Assembly: GCA_028826165.1 (NCBI GenBank)
Contig: JAPDFW010000011.1
Span: 434,001 to 498,000 of the forward strand
DNA: 64,000 nucleotides
Reading direction: 5' to 3'
Origin: Anaeramoeba ignava BMAN
Taxonomy: Eukaryota > Protista > Anaeramoebae
In this document: piece by piece, positions 52,401-64,000 of the stretch
Layout: every line of letters begins with the position of its first letter
Numbering within the stretch: the stretch's first letter is position 1
The notes under the pieces: model-generated
What the model saw: only the letters and a program-made list of their open reading frames with translations
Database searches by the model: none
Told to the model about the DNA's origin: nothing
Translations under genes and position numbers: made by a program

Positions 52401-55400
52401 TTTTATCCTCAACCCGTTCACTTTCCATACTTGAAAGTTGTTGCGACCAGAAATCTATCACATCGAAAAGTTGAGTTAATTTCGTTATGCCAGAAAAACG
52501 ATCCAAAAGTTCCAATTTCCGGCGGTTTATTGTTTGTGCGATTTGGTCTTTTTCTGCATCAAGAACACCCAAAACAGCAGTAACAATACATCCAAGAGTG
52601 CCTTGTCTAATATCTTTATCTGGGCACTCGAGAACAATTGTTCGAATAGCTTGTGCGTTTGCGTTCTGACCGAGAAGTTTTTTTGTGATTTCGCAATGAT
52701 CTCTATCAGAAAGTTTCTGATTTACCAATGTGAGCCATTGTCTCGAATCTCTTTTGTTTTTTGATCGCGCGAGAATTTGCACAACAAAAGCGACAACGAA
52801 CTCGATAGTGCGTGCCTCGATTTCCTTTCGGCGTTGTTTTTGGGGAACTGCAGTTGCTAGATGTGAGGGAACAATGAGCGCCAAGTCTTTTGCAGAATCA
52901 GATAGTTGTGTAGAGCGGATGAAATCATCAAGAGAGACAAGTTTTGAGAGAAACTCGAAGTGATTGAGATCGAAGATAAGTCTTGGAAGATAATTTTGCA
53001 TGTTGTCTTTCCAGATTTTCTGAGTGAAAAGAGGATGAATATTGAGTTCATCGAATTCTTTGCCTAAATTGAATGTTTCCTCTGCACCGTAATCCTTTCT
53101 TCGGTAGAAAAGCATGTATGCAGAGAATGTTTTTTCGACAAAATGCGTGGTAACCTCTCCGTCGTCTGTGAGGACAATTTCCTGTCTTCCACCGAATGAA
53201 TCGAAGGGAATATCTGTTGGATTGTAATATGTGATGTTTTTATCCTCGAAACGGATCCATATATCCGATGTGTGCAATTTTGGATCGCCAACACGCACAC
53301 GGATGAACGAGTAATAATGTCCTGATTGGGTTGTCCCATCGTGCACAAGTATCCCTTTAAGCTCATAATCGTAGCAAGTTTGAGAGTGTGAATCTTCGCT
53401 CATCTTTTCCGAAAACTCGTATTTTTGGTTCTTATTTTTCTCGATTTCCATTTCGTTATTTTTATCCTTTGGCATCACACTTTTAACACCTTCTTTTGTA
53501 AACGGTCGCATATTAAGCTCGAAAGGGAAACTGCATTCATCGCTGACTTTAATTCTTTCCATGGTTTCGAGATTGAACTCGAATCTTTTAAGATGCAAAA
53601 TGAGTATTTTTGGGAGTTTCTCAATGCATGTGCGCATTGTTGCATCCACTTTCTTTCCGAGTTGCTCGGAATAATACTGGTTATCTCCAACAAGCATTTC
53701 GCCGCGCACAAAAAGCTCGAGAGACTCAAGAATGTTTTTTTTATTGGCAACCTCGAGTGATATTGTATAGAAATTCTGTATTCTTTCGGAAACATCAGCT
53801 TCTCCATGCGGGATGATTTGGTTTGCAACACGTCCACCAAAGATATCTCTCAGCATTGAGTGCTGGTTTGTTGTTGCGAGTGCGGAATCCAGTTTATCAA
53901 AGAGAATATTCAGAAATTCATCTGCATCCATTTGCACAGTTATATCAAGTGGATTTCCTGCCCAATCTGTATAAGAACTGCAAAATCCTTTTGTGTCAAC
54001 AAACTTATTCTCTGTCGCCATCAACTGTGCAATGATAAGTTGCAACTGAGCAAACAAGTTACCCTCGATAGCTGTCAGATCACTGAGGTTTTTATTTATC
54101 AAGTGTTTTGGAATGTTAGCTGCCAAATCACCAAGAAGATCACTTGTTAAATCACTTGAAATGTTAGCTGTCAAAAACCGTTGCCGGAATTCGGGAATGA
54201 CAAAAAGTTGCTGAATAAGCGAATTCATGTAGCATGTTGATCCAAGATTGGTTAACCCTGAATATCCTGTATCGGATTTCTGGTTTTCTCTCGGAGAATA
54301 ATTCCAGACATGAAGATCTCCTAATTGTTGATGTAATTGAGACAAACGATCCAAAGTGTGCAGATAATCCTTTTCATTTCCTTTAACAAGTTCAAAAACA
54401 ACTGAATAAGCAATTCTGCGTGTGTCTGGCATTTGGCATTTAGGGACAATCAACTCGCCGTTATCAGAGACACCGATAGAGAATAAACAACTGCCGAGAA
54501 GATGCTCTAAAAATTGGGGTTCTTGAGCAGCAAGAGACTCTCTGTTGCGGGGATCGCTTTGAAGAAGAAGAAGTAAGAGTTGGAAATATCCGATAAGCGT
54601 GTCATCTTGTTGAGGTCCTTCTCGCGAAAGAGATCCAGAACCCATCCGAAGTATGCTCTCGCTCACAGGCTGTTCTTTGATGAGACGAGCTACAAGAACA
54701 ACTAGATCGTCAAATCTCTGTGTACTTTTATATCGATATCCTTGGCGGATCAACTCCCTCAAAAGCGAAAAATAATCCTCAGGACTTGCTGTTGTTGGTG
54801 TTGTTTGTTTGCGCTCTGCTTGCATCTGCTCCAGAATCTTCAGCGCCATTTGAAGAAATACTGAAAGAAGTATTGGTTGTTTTTCGTCTTTCTTTTCAAT
54901 CTCCATTTTTTTTGGGAATTTCTCAATTTCCATTGATTTTCTTCCGATTGTGCCTTGAGTCTGGAAATGTTCCACTTGCGACGCCATCCGTATAATTGCT
55001 TGAATAACTAATTGTCTGATATTTTTCTCTTCGCAAATCAACGTAGTATTTTTGAAAAAATCTTGAAGTTTTGCGAAATTTTTGACCAAATTACTCCATT
55101 CTCGATCAGTGGAAGCTCCTGCTTCGAGTATTCTCATTGAGTAAAACACAATTTTCTTTGCATTATGTCTTTGATTCTCGCCAATTTTGCCAATACACAC
55201 CCTCTGTACAAACTCCAGAAGAAAAGGCACGAATTGATTTTTTTTCATTGGAACAGATCTCAACTTGATTCTTCTCAATGGCTTATTTTTATCATCTTCA
55301 TTTCCCTTATTCTCGTCATCTTTCCGATCATCAACTACAAAGTACGCGATGATTTGAAGAAGAACTGCAACTGTTTCTTGAACAGGAGCCTTGTCGGAAA

Positions 55401-58400
55401 GATCCAACTTGATCTCAGAACGCGAGAGTTTGAAAAGAAGTTGGAACAAATACTCAATTCCTCCCGTTTTAACAAATTGGGTTGACCAGAACCCCATTTC
55501 TGCAGCATAAAACTGGGTCTTTGTTTTCCTGTGGTCTTCTTCTGCTTGCTTGATCTTGCGTTGTTCTTGTTGGACAATTCGCACAATAACTTGAAGATTA
55601 TAAATAAGTTGATATTGGCAACTTGTGTTGAGTTCGTGATCCCAATTGAAGGCCTTCTTGTGGGTTGCACGATCAAACACTGTCTGTAATTTCTGCAGTA
55701 TTTGCTCATTTGTCGGCATTTGCTGAAGAAGATCCCATACTCTAGATGCTATTTTCGGGTTCTGTGGGAGAAGATCATAGAGACTTTCAAAATGTCTTGC
55801 TAAAATAAAACTTGGAAGAAGTTCTTTGTTAATAATTGTTTCGCCTGATTCCTCAAGACGCTCGCGGTTTGGTGGCGCTTCCAAAAGCACCTGCATGTTT
55901 TTATTTTTCAAAACCCCAATTTCTTCAATGGTTTCCGCATTGTTCTGCACTTGCTGCATTTGACTATGACTAATAATGTTGAATTCTCCAATTTCTTTTC
56001 CAATTACTTCGCTTATTTTCTTTCTTAAATAATAAACACTATTTTTGCCTTCAACTTCTATAAAATACTGCTTTTCTTCCACACCTTCTGATACTGTTAT
56101 TCTAATCTTCTCTGGTTCTTCGGAGATTGCCAATGAATGTCTTTCAAACGGAAGCAATTCGTGGACAAGATTTCCTTCAATTAATTTTAAAAACTCTTGC
56201 AAAATTGCAATGCATCTTTCCTTCATTTGCATATCCTTTGATTCTTTGATTTGTTTAATGCATTTTTCAATGAATGATTTCCGCTTTGTCATTCCGTGTT
56301 CAGTGACCAATGATGGTTTTAACATTTGGAAATCTAAAAGAAAATCAATTGCAATATTTGATGTTTCAATATCTCTGCATTTCAGTGCAATTTCCCATAT
56401 TTTGTCAATTCCAAAAATCTCGCTATCAGATGTTGTTGTTAAATAGAACATGTCTTCGTTTCCTTCCAAGTTATTTACTGATTTGTTTGCTTCGAAGCAT
56501 TGATGTTTGAAAAAATTGAATGTGCTTTTTGTGATTGTTTCCGATGATATTTCCATTAGTTTGTAGAAAAGTGTTTGGGAAACGTCTGTATTTAGTTGTA
56601 TTGAGCTTGCGAAATCAAAGAATATATTTTGTTCTTCTGGGTTTGTTGAGTTTGCGACGATAGATTCCCATAATTCGTCGATATGTTTTATAGTGAAGAA
56701 TTCTGAGTTATTAAGATTTTTTGAGATTAACCGAAGAAAGTCCAATCTTTTTTTGATCTATTAAAATATTTCAAATTCAAAATCAAAATGAAAATGAAAA
56801 TGAATTTCAAAATGAATTTTAAATTTTAATTTTAATTTTAATTTTAATTTTAATTTTAATTTTAATTTTAATTTTAATTTTAATTTTAATTTTAATTTTA
56901 ATTTTAATTTTAATTTTAATTTTAATTTTAATTTTAATTTTAATTTTAATTTTAATTTTAATTTTAATTTTAATTTTAATTTTAATTTTAATTTTAATTT
57001 CAAAATGAATTTTAATTTTAAATTCGAAATGAATTTTAATTTTAATTTTAATTTTAATTTTAATTTTAATTTTAATTTTAAAATGAATTTTAATTTTAAT
57101 TTTAATTTTAAAATGAATTTTAATTTTAATTTTAATTTTAAAATGAATTTCAAAATGAAAATGAATTTTAATTTTAATTTTAATTTTAATTTTAATTTTA
57201 ATTTTAATTTTAAAATGAATTTCAAAATGAATTTCAAAATGAATTTTAATTTTAAAATGAATTTTAATTTTGATTTTAAAATGAATTTTAATTTTAATTT
57301 CAAAATGAATTTTAAAATGAATTTTAATTTATATTTACATGTTCAGATAAACCCATCCCTTCATATTTAACTGATAATCCTTTATTCTCTTTCTCAAATT
57401 GTAGCACCTTCTCCTTAAAAAGTGTTAATTCAGTAACCATTAAACTTACTAAATCATATTTCTTATTAAATTTCTTCACAAATTCACCCATTGTAAGTGG
57501 TTTTATGAAAAAATGATTTTCTTGAACTTCAGAAAAACTCTTCACAATATTCTCCATCATCATCACAAGAAAAGTGGATATTTCATAACTTTGAATATTC
57601 ACACAAGCTTGTTTAAAAAATTCCAATTTCAAATCTTCTGTAAATTTGGGACTTGTTAAAATACTATTAAAATGTTCCATTGCAAATTTTTGTTTTTCAG
57701 TTCCAATTTTTGAATCATAAATCAAATCCCATAATTTTTTCACTGGAAGATGAGTTTTTGAATTTACTGATCTATTAATCTCAATTTCAGAAACTTTCGA
57801 AAGTAAAGAAATGTGTGTATTTTCCCAAACTTTTAATTTTAATATTTTTTCTTCACTAATATAATTGAATAAATTCTCTTCAACAACTGCCATTATTTGT
57901 GAAATGATATTAAATAAATTATTTAGCATTGATTCGTGATGTTTCTTTTGTTTTTTTTTAATAATAAAATAAATAACAAAATTAATTATTGATTATTAAT
58001 TATTTTTTGATTATTAATTATTAATTATTAATTATTACAAAAGTTAATTCCCAAATTGAATCAATGCTTTCTTTATTTAATTTCTTATTTTTAGCAAGAA
58101 ATTGAACAAGTATATCAGCTCTTCGAACCATTTCTGGATGTGCAGATTCTCCAAAAAGATTTTCAAATATTTTATTATCTTCAATAATACTTAAAAATTT
58201 ACTATTTATTTTTTTAATTTTATAAATTAATTTTAATTTTAAATTTTATAAATGAATTTTAATTTACCTTTTAGATATCCAATGTGAAGTGCTATAAGAT
58301 GAATAAAAAGGTTCTTTCTCAATTTGTTGAAGTAAATTTAAAATTTCATTCATTTTCGCCATTCCCATAACTCTATTCTCAATATATTTTGATGAGAAAT

Positions 58401-60463
58401 ATTTCATCATTAATTGGGAATTAAATTTTTCTTCAATTTTTGTTCCTCCTTTTAAACTTAGTTTCTTAATAACACGAATTGCTATTTCAGCCAAACTATC
58501 AATATTTTTAGCTTTTTCTTCTCTAATTGAATCATCTGCTCCTAATTCAAGACATTTTTTCAGAATTTCTTTCATATAATGAGCTAAGCATGAATGAAAA
58601 GTATTTCCGAAATATGATAAAAGCTTTCAAATTTAAATTAATTTTAATTTTATAAATGAATTTAAATTTTATAAATTAATTTTAATTTCATAAATTAATT
58701 TTAATTTCATAAATTAATTTAAATTTTATAAATTAATTTTAATTTTATAAATTAATTTTAATTTTATAAATTAATTTAAATTTTATAAATTAATTTTAAA
58801 TTTTTATAAATTAATTTAAATTTTATAAATTAATTTAAATTTTATAAATTAATTTAAATTTTTTATAAATTAATTTAAATTTTTTTATAAATAAATTTTA
58901 ATTTTATAAATTAATTTTAATTTTATAAAAATGAATTTATAAAATTTTATAAAAATTTAATTTTAAATTAATTTTATAAAAATAAATGAATTTAATTTTA
59001 TAAATTAATTTAAATTTTATAAATTAATTTTAAATTTTATAAATGAATTTAAATTTTATAAATTAATTTTAAATTTTATAAATTAATTTAAATTTTATAA
59101 ATTAATTTTAAATTTTATAAATTAATTTAAATTTTAAATTTAAATAAATAAAAATTTTAATTTAAATTTTATAAATTAATTTAATTTTAAATTTTATAAA
59201 TTAATTTAAATTTTATAAATGAATTTTAATTTTATAAATTAATTTAAATTTTATAAATTAATTTTAATTTTATAAATGAATTTTAATTTTATAAATTAAT
59301 TTAAATTTTATAAATGAATTTAAATTTTATAAATTAATTTTAATTTTATAAATTAATTTAAATTTTATAAATGAATTTAAATTTTATAAATTAATTTAAA
59401 TTTTATAAATTAATTTTAATTTTATAAATTAATTTAAATTTTATAAATTAATTTAAATTTTATAAATGAATTTTAATTTTATAAATTAATTTTAAAATAA
59501 AAATACCATTTCAAATGGTTTTAATAAAAATAAAGAATCAGCAAAACTAATTTTTTCTGCAGAAGAAAGAAAAGTTGTAATTAAAACCTCAAATCCTCCA
59601 TTCATTCCAAAATAATTAATATTATCTAAAAAGAAAGTTGAAGTATCCATTTTCTTTTGATTTTTTAAAAAAAAATTAAAATAAAAAGTAAATAATTAAG
59701 TGAAAAAAATTTTGTTTTTGTTTTTGTTTTTGTTTTTGTTTTTGTTTTTGTTTTTGTTTTTGTTTTTGTTTTTCTTTTTGTTTTTGTTTTTGTTTTTGTT
59801 TTACAGTATCCACAAATTGAAAAGTTGAATTTAAAGAATGAGTAACCAGATTATTTTGAGAAACTTGCCAATATTTCCAAAATTCATACTAAAAAAAAAA
59901 TAATTAAAAAAAAAATCCAAATAAATTTTCAATTTTCTTTCTTCTTTTTTTTTAAAAAATTTTTTTTAAATACTTTGACAGGAAAATTTGATAAAGTTTT
60001 ATCAGTATTTGATTGATAAAAAGGTTTTTGAGAAGATTCAAAAATAGAATTAAAAATGAGCATAACTTTAGTATTCCCTGATTTAATTTCTGAAATAACT
60101 AAATCCAAACAAGATCTTAAAAGAGAACATATATCCCAAGGTCCTATTCCGATTTCTTTTATTTGAAGAATGTTCTTAATAAATTCAGGAAGTACTTTTT
60201 CTATAAAATAATTTGCTTTGTTTTTTTCCATCTTTTTTTCTTTAATTTCTTCATTATAACTTGTAATTTTTGTGAAACAAATTTGAAGTGAATCAACATT
60301 TTCTATTTTTATTTATTTTTTATTTTTTTATTTTTTAATTAGAAAAAAATTGGATTAATTAATTTAAAAAAAAAGTTTTATTTTTTATTTTTTATTTTTT
60401 GTTTTGTTTCTTACTTTTTTTGCTTTCGGTTATTAATTCTTGAAATTGCTTTTGAAAATCCAT
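49498..60463 (-). CDS. Giant ubiquitin-specific protease, USP9X/USP24/USP34-like
   Basis: Start MDFQKQFQE at 60463, several short 5' exons (60463-60415, 60302-59974, 59888-59805, 59653-59507, 58623-~58268 and others), then a ~7.2-kb final exon. Cys box GLTNLGSTCYMNSLIQQLF, QMDADEF, LHLKRFEF, His box HDGTTQSGHYYSFI and W..FED. Confidence 0.93.
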
Positions 60464-60649
60464 AATAACCAAATTAAAATAAGAAATTATAAATTTAAAT
60501 AAATTATTATTATAAATTTGTTTTAATAAAAAAAAAATGAAAAAATGAAAAAGAGAAAAATTAATTTTTTTTTGTTTTTTTTTTCTCCTTTTAAATAAAT
60601 TTTTTTTTCATTTTTTTTTCATTTTTTTCCTTTTTTTTATTTAGTTAAA

Positions 60650-62229
60650 ATGCAAGAAAAAGAACAAGAACATCCTTTTTATCCTGATTTAGAATTACCT
60701 TCATTAAAATTTCTATTAACTCTTAAACCAGAAATTTATGAAGAAAAAGAAAAAGAAAAAACAAAAGAAAAATTAATTGAAAAAATTGAAAACAATTGTA
60801 AATTCTCATTAAATTCTCATTAAATTCTCATTAAATTCTGAATTTAAATCTTTTAAAAAAAAAAAATTTTTTTTAATCTCAAATTTTTATTTAATAGCAA
60901 TGGTTCCTTATTATTTAAATTTATGTAAAACTTTTAAATGGAATGTTGATGAAAAATTTGTTGAAAAAATGAAAAAATCAAATGAAGAAGAATTAAAAAA
61001 ATTAGAGAATAAAATTCAAGAAGCAAAAGAACAAGAAGGAGAAATTGAAATTCGAGAGGCTTGTTTTCAAAAAGCCAATTTTTATGCTCGAATTGGGGAC
61101 AAAGTAAATAAATTATTTATAAAATTAAATTATTTATAAATTAAATTATTTATAAAATTAAATTAAATTAAATTATTTATAAAATTAAATTATTTATAAA
61201 ATTAAATTATTTATAAAATTAAATTAAATTAAATTATTTATAAATTATTTATAAAATTAAATTAAATTATTTTTAAATTAAATTATTTATAAAATTAAAT
61301 TATTTATAAATCAAATTATTTTTAAATTAAATTATTTATAAATTTAAATTAAATTAAATTATTTATAAATTTAAATTATTTATAAATTAAATTAAATTAT
61401 CTTCTGAAAGGAAAATGCTTTAATAGCTTTTAAAGAAGCCATTGAAAAAGCTGTTTCAATTCCACAAAAAATGGAAGTTATTTTAACACAAGTTCGTATT
61501 GGATTCTTTTTCAATGATAGAGAATTAACAGAAAGAAATTTAGAAATTGGAAGAATGCTTTTGGAAGAATGTAATGATTGGGAATTAAAAAATCGATTCA
61601 AAGTATATGAAGGTTATTATGCAATAATCATTCGAAATTTCCAAAAAGCAGGAGAATTACTTCTCAGTTCAATAGCAACATTTACAGCAACAGAATTATT
61701 TGATTACACAAAATTTGTTTATTATACAGTTTTAATGAATATTATCACATTGCAAAGAGTTGAATTAAAAAAAAAAGTGATTGATTCACCAGAAATTCTT
61801 TCTGCAATAAGAGATGTTCCTCATTTATTTGAACTACTTAATTCTTTATATAATTGCTCTTACCAAGAATTTTTAACAGAACTTGTTGAAATTACTTATG
61901 GATTAAAACTTGATAGAATTCTTTATGTTCACGGTCCTTATTTTTGCAGAGAAATGAGAATCATCGGATATTCTCAATTTCTTGAATCTTATAAAAGTGT
62001 TACAATTAACTCAATGGCTGAATCTCTTGGTCTTTCTCCTCAATTCCTTGATAAAGAACTAAGTAGATTCATTGCTTCAGGTAGAATTCCTGCTAAAATT
62101 GATAAAGTTGGTGGTGTTATTGAAACTATTCGTCCTGATAAAAGAAATGCTGGTTATAGAAACGTAATTAAACAAGGAGATCCTATTTTAAATCGAATCC
62201 AAAAACTTTCAAGAATTTTCACAAATTAA
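60650..62229 (+). CDS. RPN7: 26S proteasome lid subunit RPN7/PSMD6
   Basis: Exons 60650-60797, 60898-61103 and 61411-62229. Motifs MVPYY, GEIEIREA, DWELKNRFKVYEG, TFTATEL, YSQFLESYKSVT and KIDKV.G.IET.RPDKRN.GY...IKQGD. Confidence 0.96.
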
Positions 62230-62479
62230 TTCAAAATATTTTCCAAAAGATTCTTTTCCTTTTTCTTTTCAACTTTTCTTTTCAATTTTTTTTTTCACAG
62301 AATCAAATAAACAATTAAAATCCAAATTTTAATTCAAATGATCTTTTTCCACAATAAAAAAAAACTTTTTTTGTAAATTTATGTTGTTGTTTTTCATTTG
62401 AATCTCGTTTCTTATTTTTTAAATCGAACCAAAAAAAAAAAAAACTGGAATAGAAATAAATTCAAATTCAAATTCAAAT

Positions 62480-63139
62480 TCAAAATTTATCTTGTTCAAC
62501 CCACATTTCTTCTGAATTTTTTTCAGAATTTTCTTCATTTGAATTTTCTTCATTTGAATTATGATTTTTTTTAATACTTTCATAAACTGTTCTAGTAATT
62601 GAAACATAAGGAATTATTGCAAGTGTTTTTTTTTCTTTTTGATTTTTGGATTGAATTTTTTTTTCTGGTAAATTTTCATCTTGAATTTGTGGATTTTGGA
62701 TTAATTGATTTGAAGAATTGTAAAGATTATTTATAAAAACTCTTTCAGTATTTGGCTCCCATTCTTTTTCTGTTAATTCTGGAAAGTGTTGATTGAAATG
62801 ATTTCCAAACGATTTAAATTTTGATAATATTTTTTGATGTTCATTTTCATTTTCATTTTCAAATTCTTGCTCTTTTTCTTGCATATTTTTATTCATAAAT
62901 AATTTGTTTTTGTTTTTATTAAATGAAATGTTTGAGAATTGATTTACAAATTCCGTTTTTTCATCTAATTTAATTTTATTTTCCAATCCAATTTCTTTTT
63001 GATTTTGATTTTGATTTTGATTTTCTTTTGATTTGTTTGATTTTTCTCTCCTTTTAATTTCAGGATTGAAATCAAAAGTATCAAAATTGGATGATCTTTT
63101 TTTATCTGATTTTCTTTTTTTTTGATTGTTAGATTTCAT
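62480..63139 (-). CDS. Hypothetical low-complexity N/K/E-rich protein
   Basis: 219-aa ORF with an ATG start and a TTTTTCA-type motif upstream on the minus strand. No recognisable domain. Confidence 0.55.
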   Translation of the reverse strand: MKSNNQKKRKSDKKRSSNFDTFDFNPEIKRREKSNKSKENQNQNQNQKEIGLENKIKLDEKTEFVNQFSNISFNKNKNKLFMNKNMQEKEQEFENENENEHQKILSKFKSFGNHFNQHFPELTEKEWEPNTERVFINNLYNSSNQLIQNPQIQDENLPEKKIQSKNQKEKKTLAIIPYVSITRTVYESIKKNHNSNEENSNEENSEKNSEEMWVEQDKF

Positions 63140-63408
63140 TTTGTAAATTTAAAAACAAATTTTCTTTTCTTTTTTAAAATAATAATAATAATAAAAATAA
63201 TAATAATAATTAACACAAAAAAAAATTAACACAAAAACAAAGTATTTTTTAATAAAAAGGAATGAGAAAAATGAAAAGGAAAAATTTTGAAAAAAAAATA
63301 TTTTTTTGAATTTTAATTGGTTTTTAATTGTTTTTTTAAAAAGGAGAAGAAAAAAAAAATGGAAATTTTTTTCTCTTTTTTTTTTTATTTAATCATTTTT
63401 CTTTTCTT

Positions 63409-63933
63409 CTAAACTTTTTGGAGCTTGAGTTGTAGAATCTTTTTTATTTTCCGTTTGTTGTTCTTGTTGTTGTTCTTGTTGTTGTTCTTGTTGTTCTTGA
63501 GGAGGTTTTAAAAATAAACGAGGAACTAAAATAAAAATTAAATTAAATTAAATTTAAAAAAAAACTGTCAAAATAAATTTAAATTAAAAATCAAAAATAA
63601 AAATTATTACGGAAAGAAATGACACCAAAAACCATTGGCATAAATCTAGTTAAAAGTCCTGGTGGATCTAAATGTTTTTTTGCGAAAAATATTCTAACTT
63701 CTTTGTGTTCAAAATCAAAAACTTTTAAATAAATTTCAAAATTTTCAGATATTTGTAATTCATAAAATTTTTCTTTTTCATTGTTTTCTGGTTTCCAAAC
63801 TCCTTGTGATGTTTGATAATCTCCAACTGGATTTAAATCGAAAGTGAATAAGGTTTCTGTATTAATTTCATCAGGATCTTCTTCATTTGATATTCCAATA
63901 GAAATTTCTCCACTATTTTCATCATTAAATTCA
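63409..63933 (-). CDS. Hypothetical protein, 3' exons only (C-terminal hydrophobic segment + Q/E tail)
   Basis: Exons 63933-63611 and 63525-63409 join in frame (...RFMPMVFGVISFLPRLFLKPPQEQQ...QKV*). The upstream part lies outside the window. Confidence 0.6.
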
Positions 63934-64000
63934 CTTTTGATTTTTAAACAGAATTTTCAAAATGAATTTTAATTTTAATTTTAATTTTATAAATGAATTT

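Noticed and set aside
50073-56510. Numerous short plus-strand and alternative-frame ORFs
   Set aside because: They are shadow ORFs of the GC-richer USP exon and carry no recognisable domains.
49498-56745. Intein or mobile-element insertion explaining the large GC-rich exon
   Set aside because: I saw no Hint (C...HN-C/S/T), LAGLIDADG, RT or transposase motifs by eye, and the length is normal for USP9/24/34-type proteins. An HMM search would be decisive.

Overview
This is an extremely AT-rich, gene-dense eukaryotic (protist) window with GT-AG spliceosomal introns. Many introns are inflated by simple tandem repeats. Composition, intron style and ML-initiated presequence-like N-termini resemble an anaerobic metamonad such as Anaeramoeba, but that is inference only. 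About 18 protein genes can be reconstructed: CLASP-like (partial), two tandem aspartate aminotransferases, a selenocysteine thioredoxin reductase with a SECIS, LisH-RasGEF, RhoGAP, two Rabs, a large possibly EPG5-like protein, a secreted protein, NAT10/Kre33, SmB, a gp78/AMFR-like RING-CUE ligase, a DHCR24-like oxidoreductase, an ankyrin-BTB protein, a giant USP9/24/34-like deubiquitinase, RPN7 and two hypothetical genes. The main finding is the ankyrin-BTB gene (43587-49371), whose ankyrin half the ORF track misses. Each ankyrin repeat sits on its own 96-105 nt exon, and at nine consecutive junctions two separate 3-nt single-codon microexons (AG|NNN|GT, 18 in total) supply the two variable residues of the ankyrin beta-hairpin (D-x-x-G-x-TPLH). 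Several frameshifts and exon 'ghosts' inside repeats look like assembly or consensus errors.
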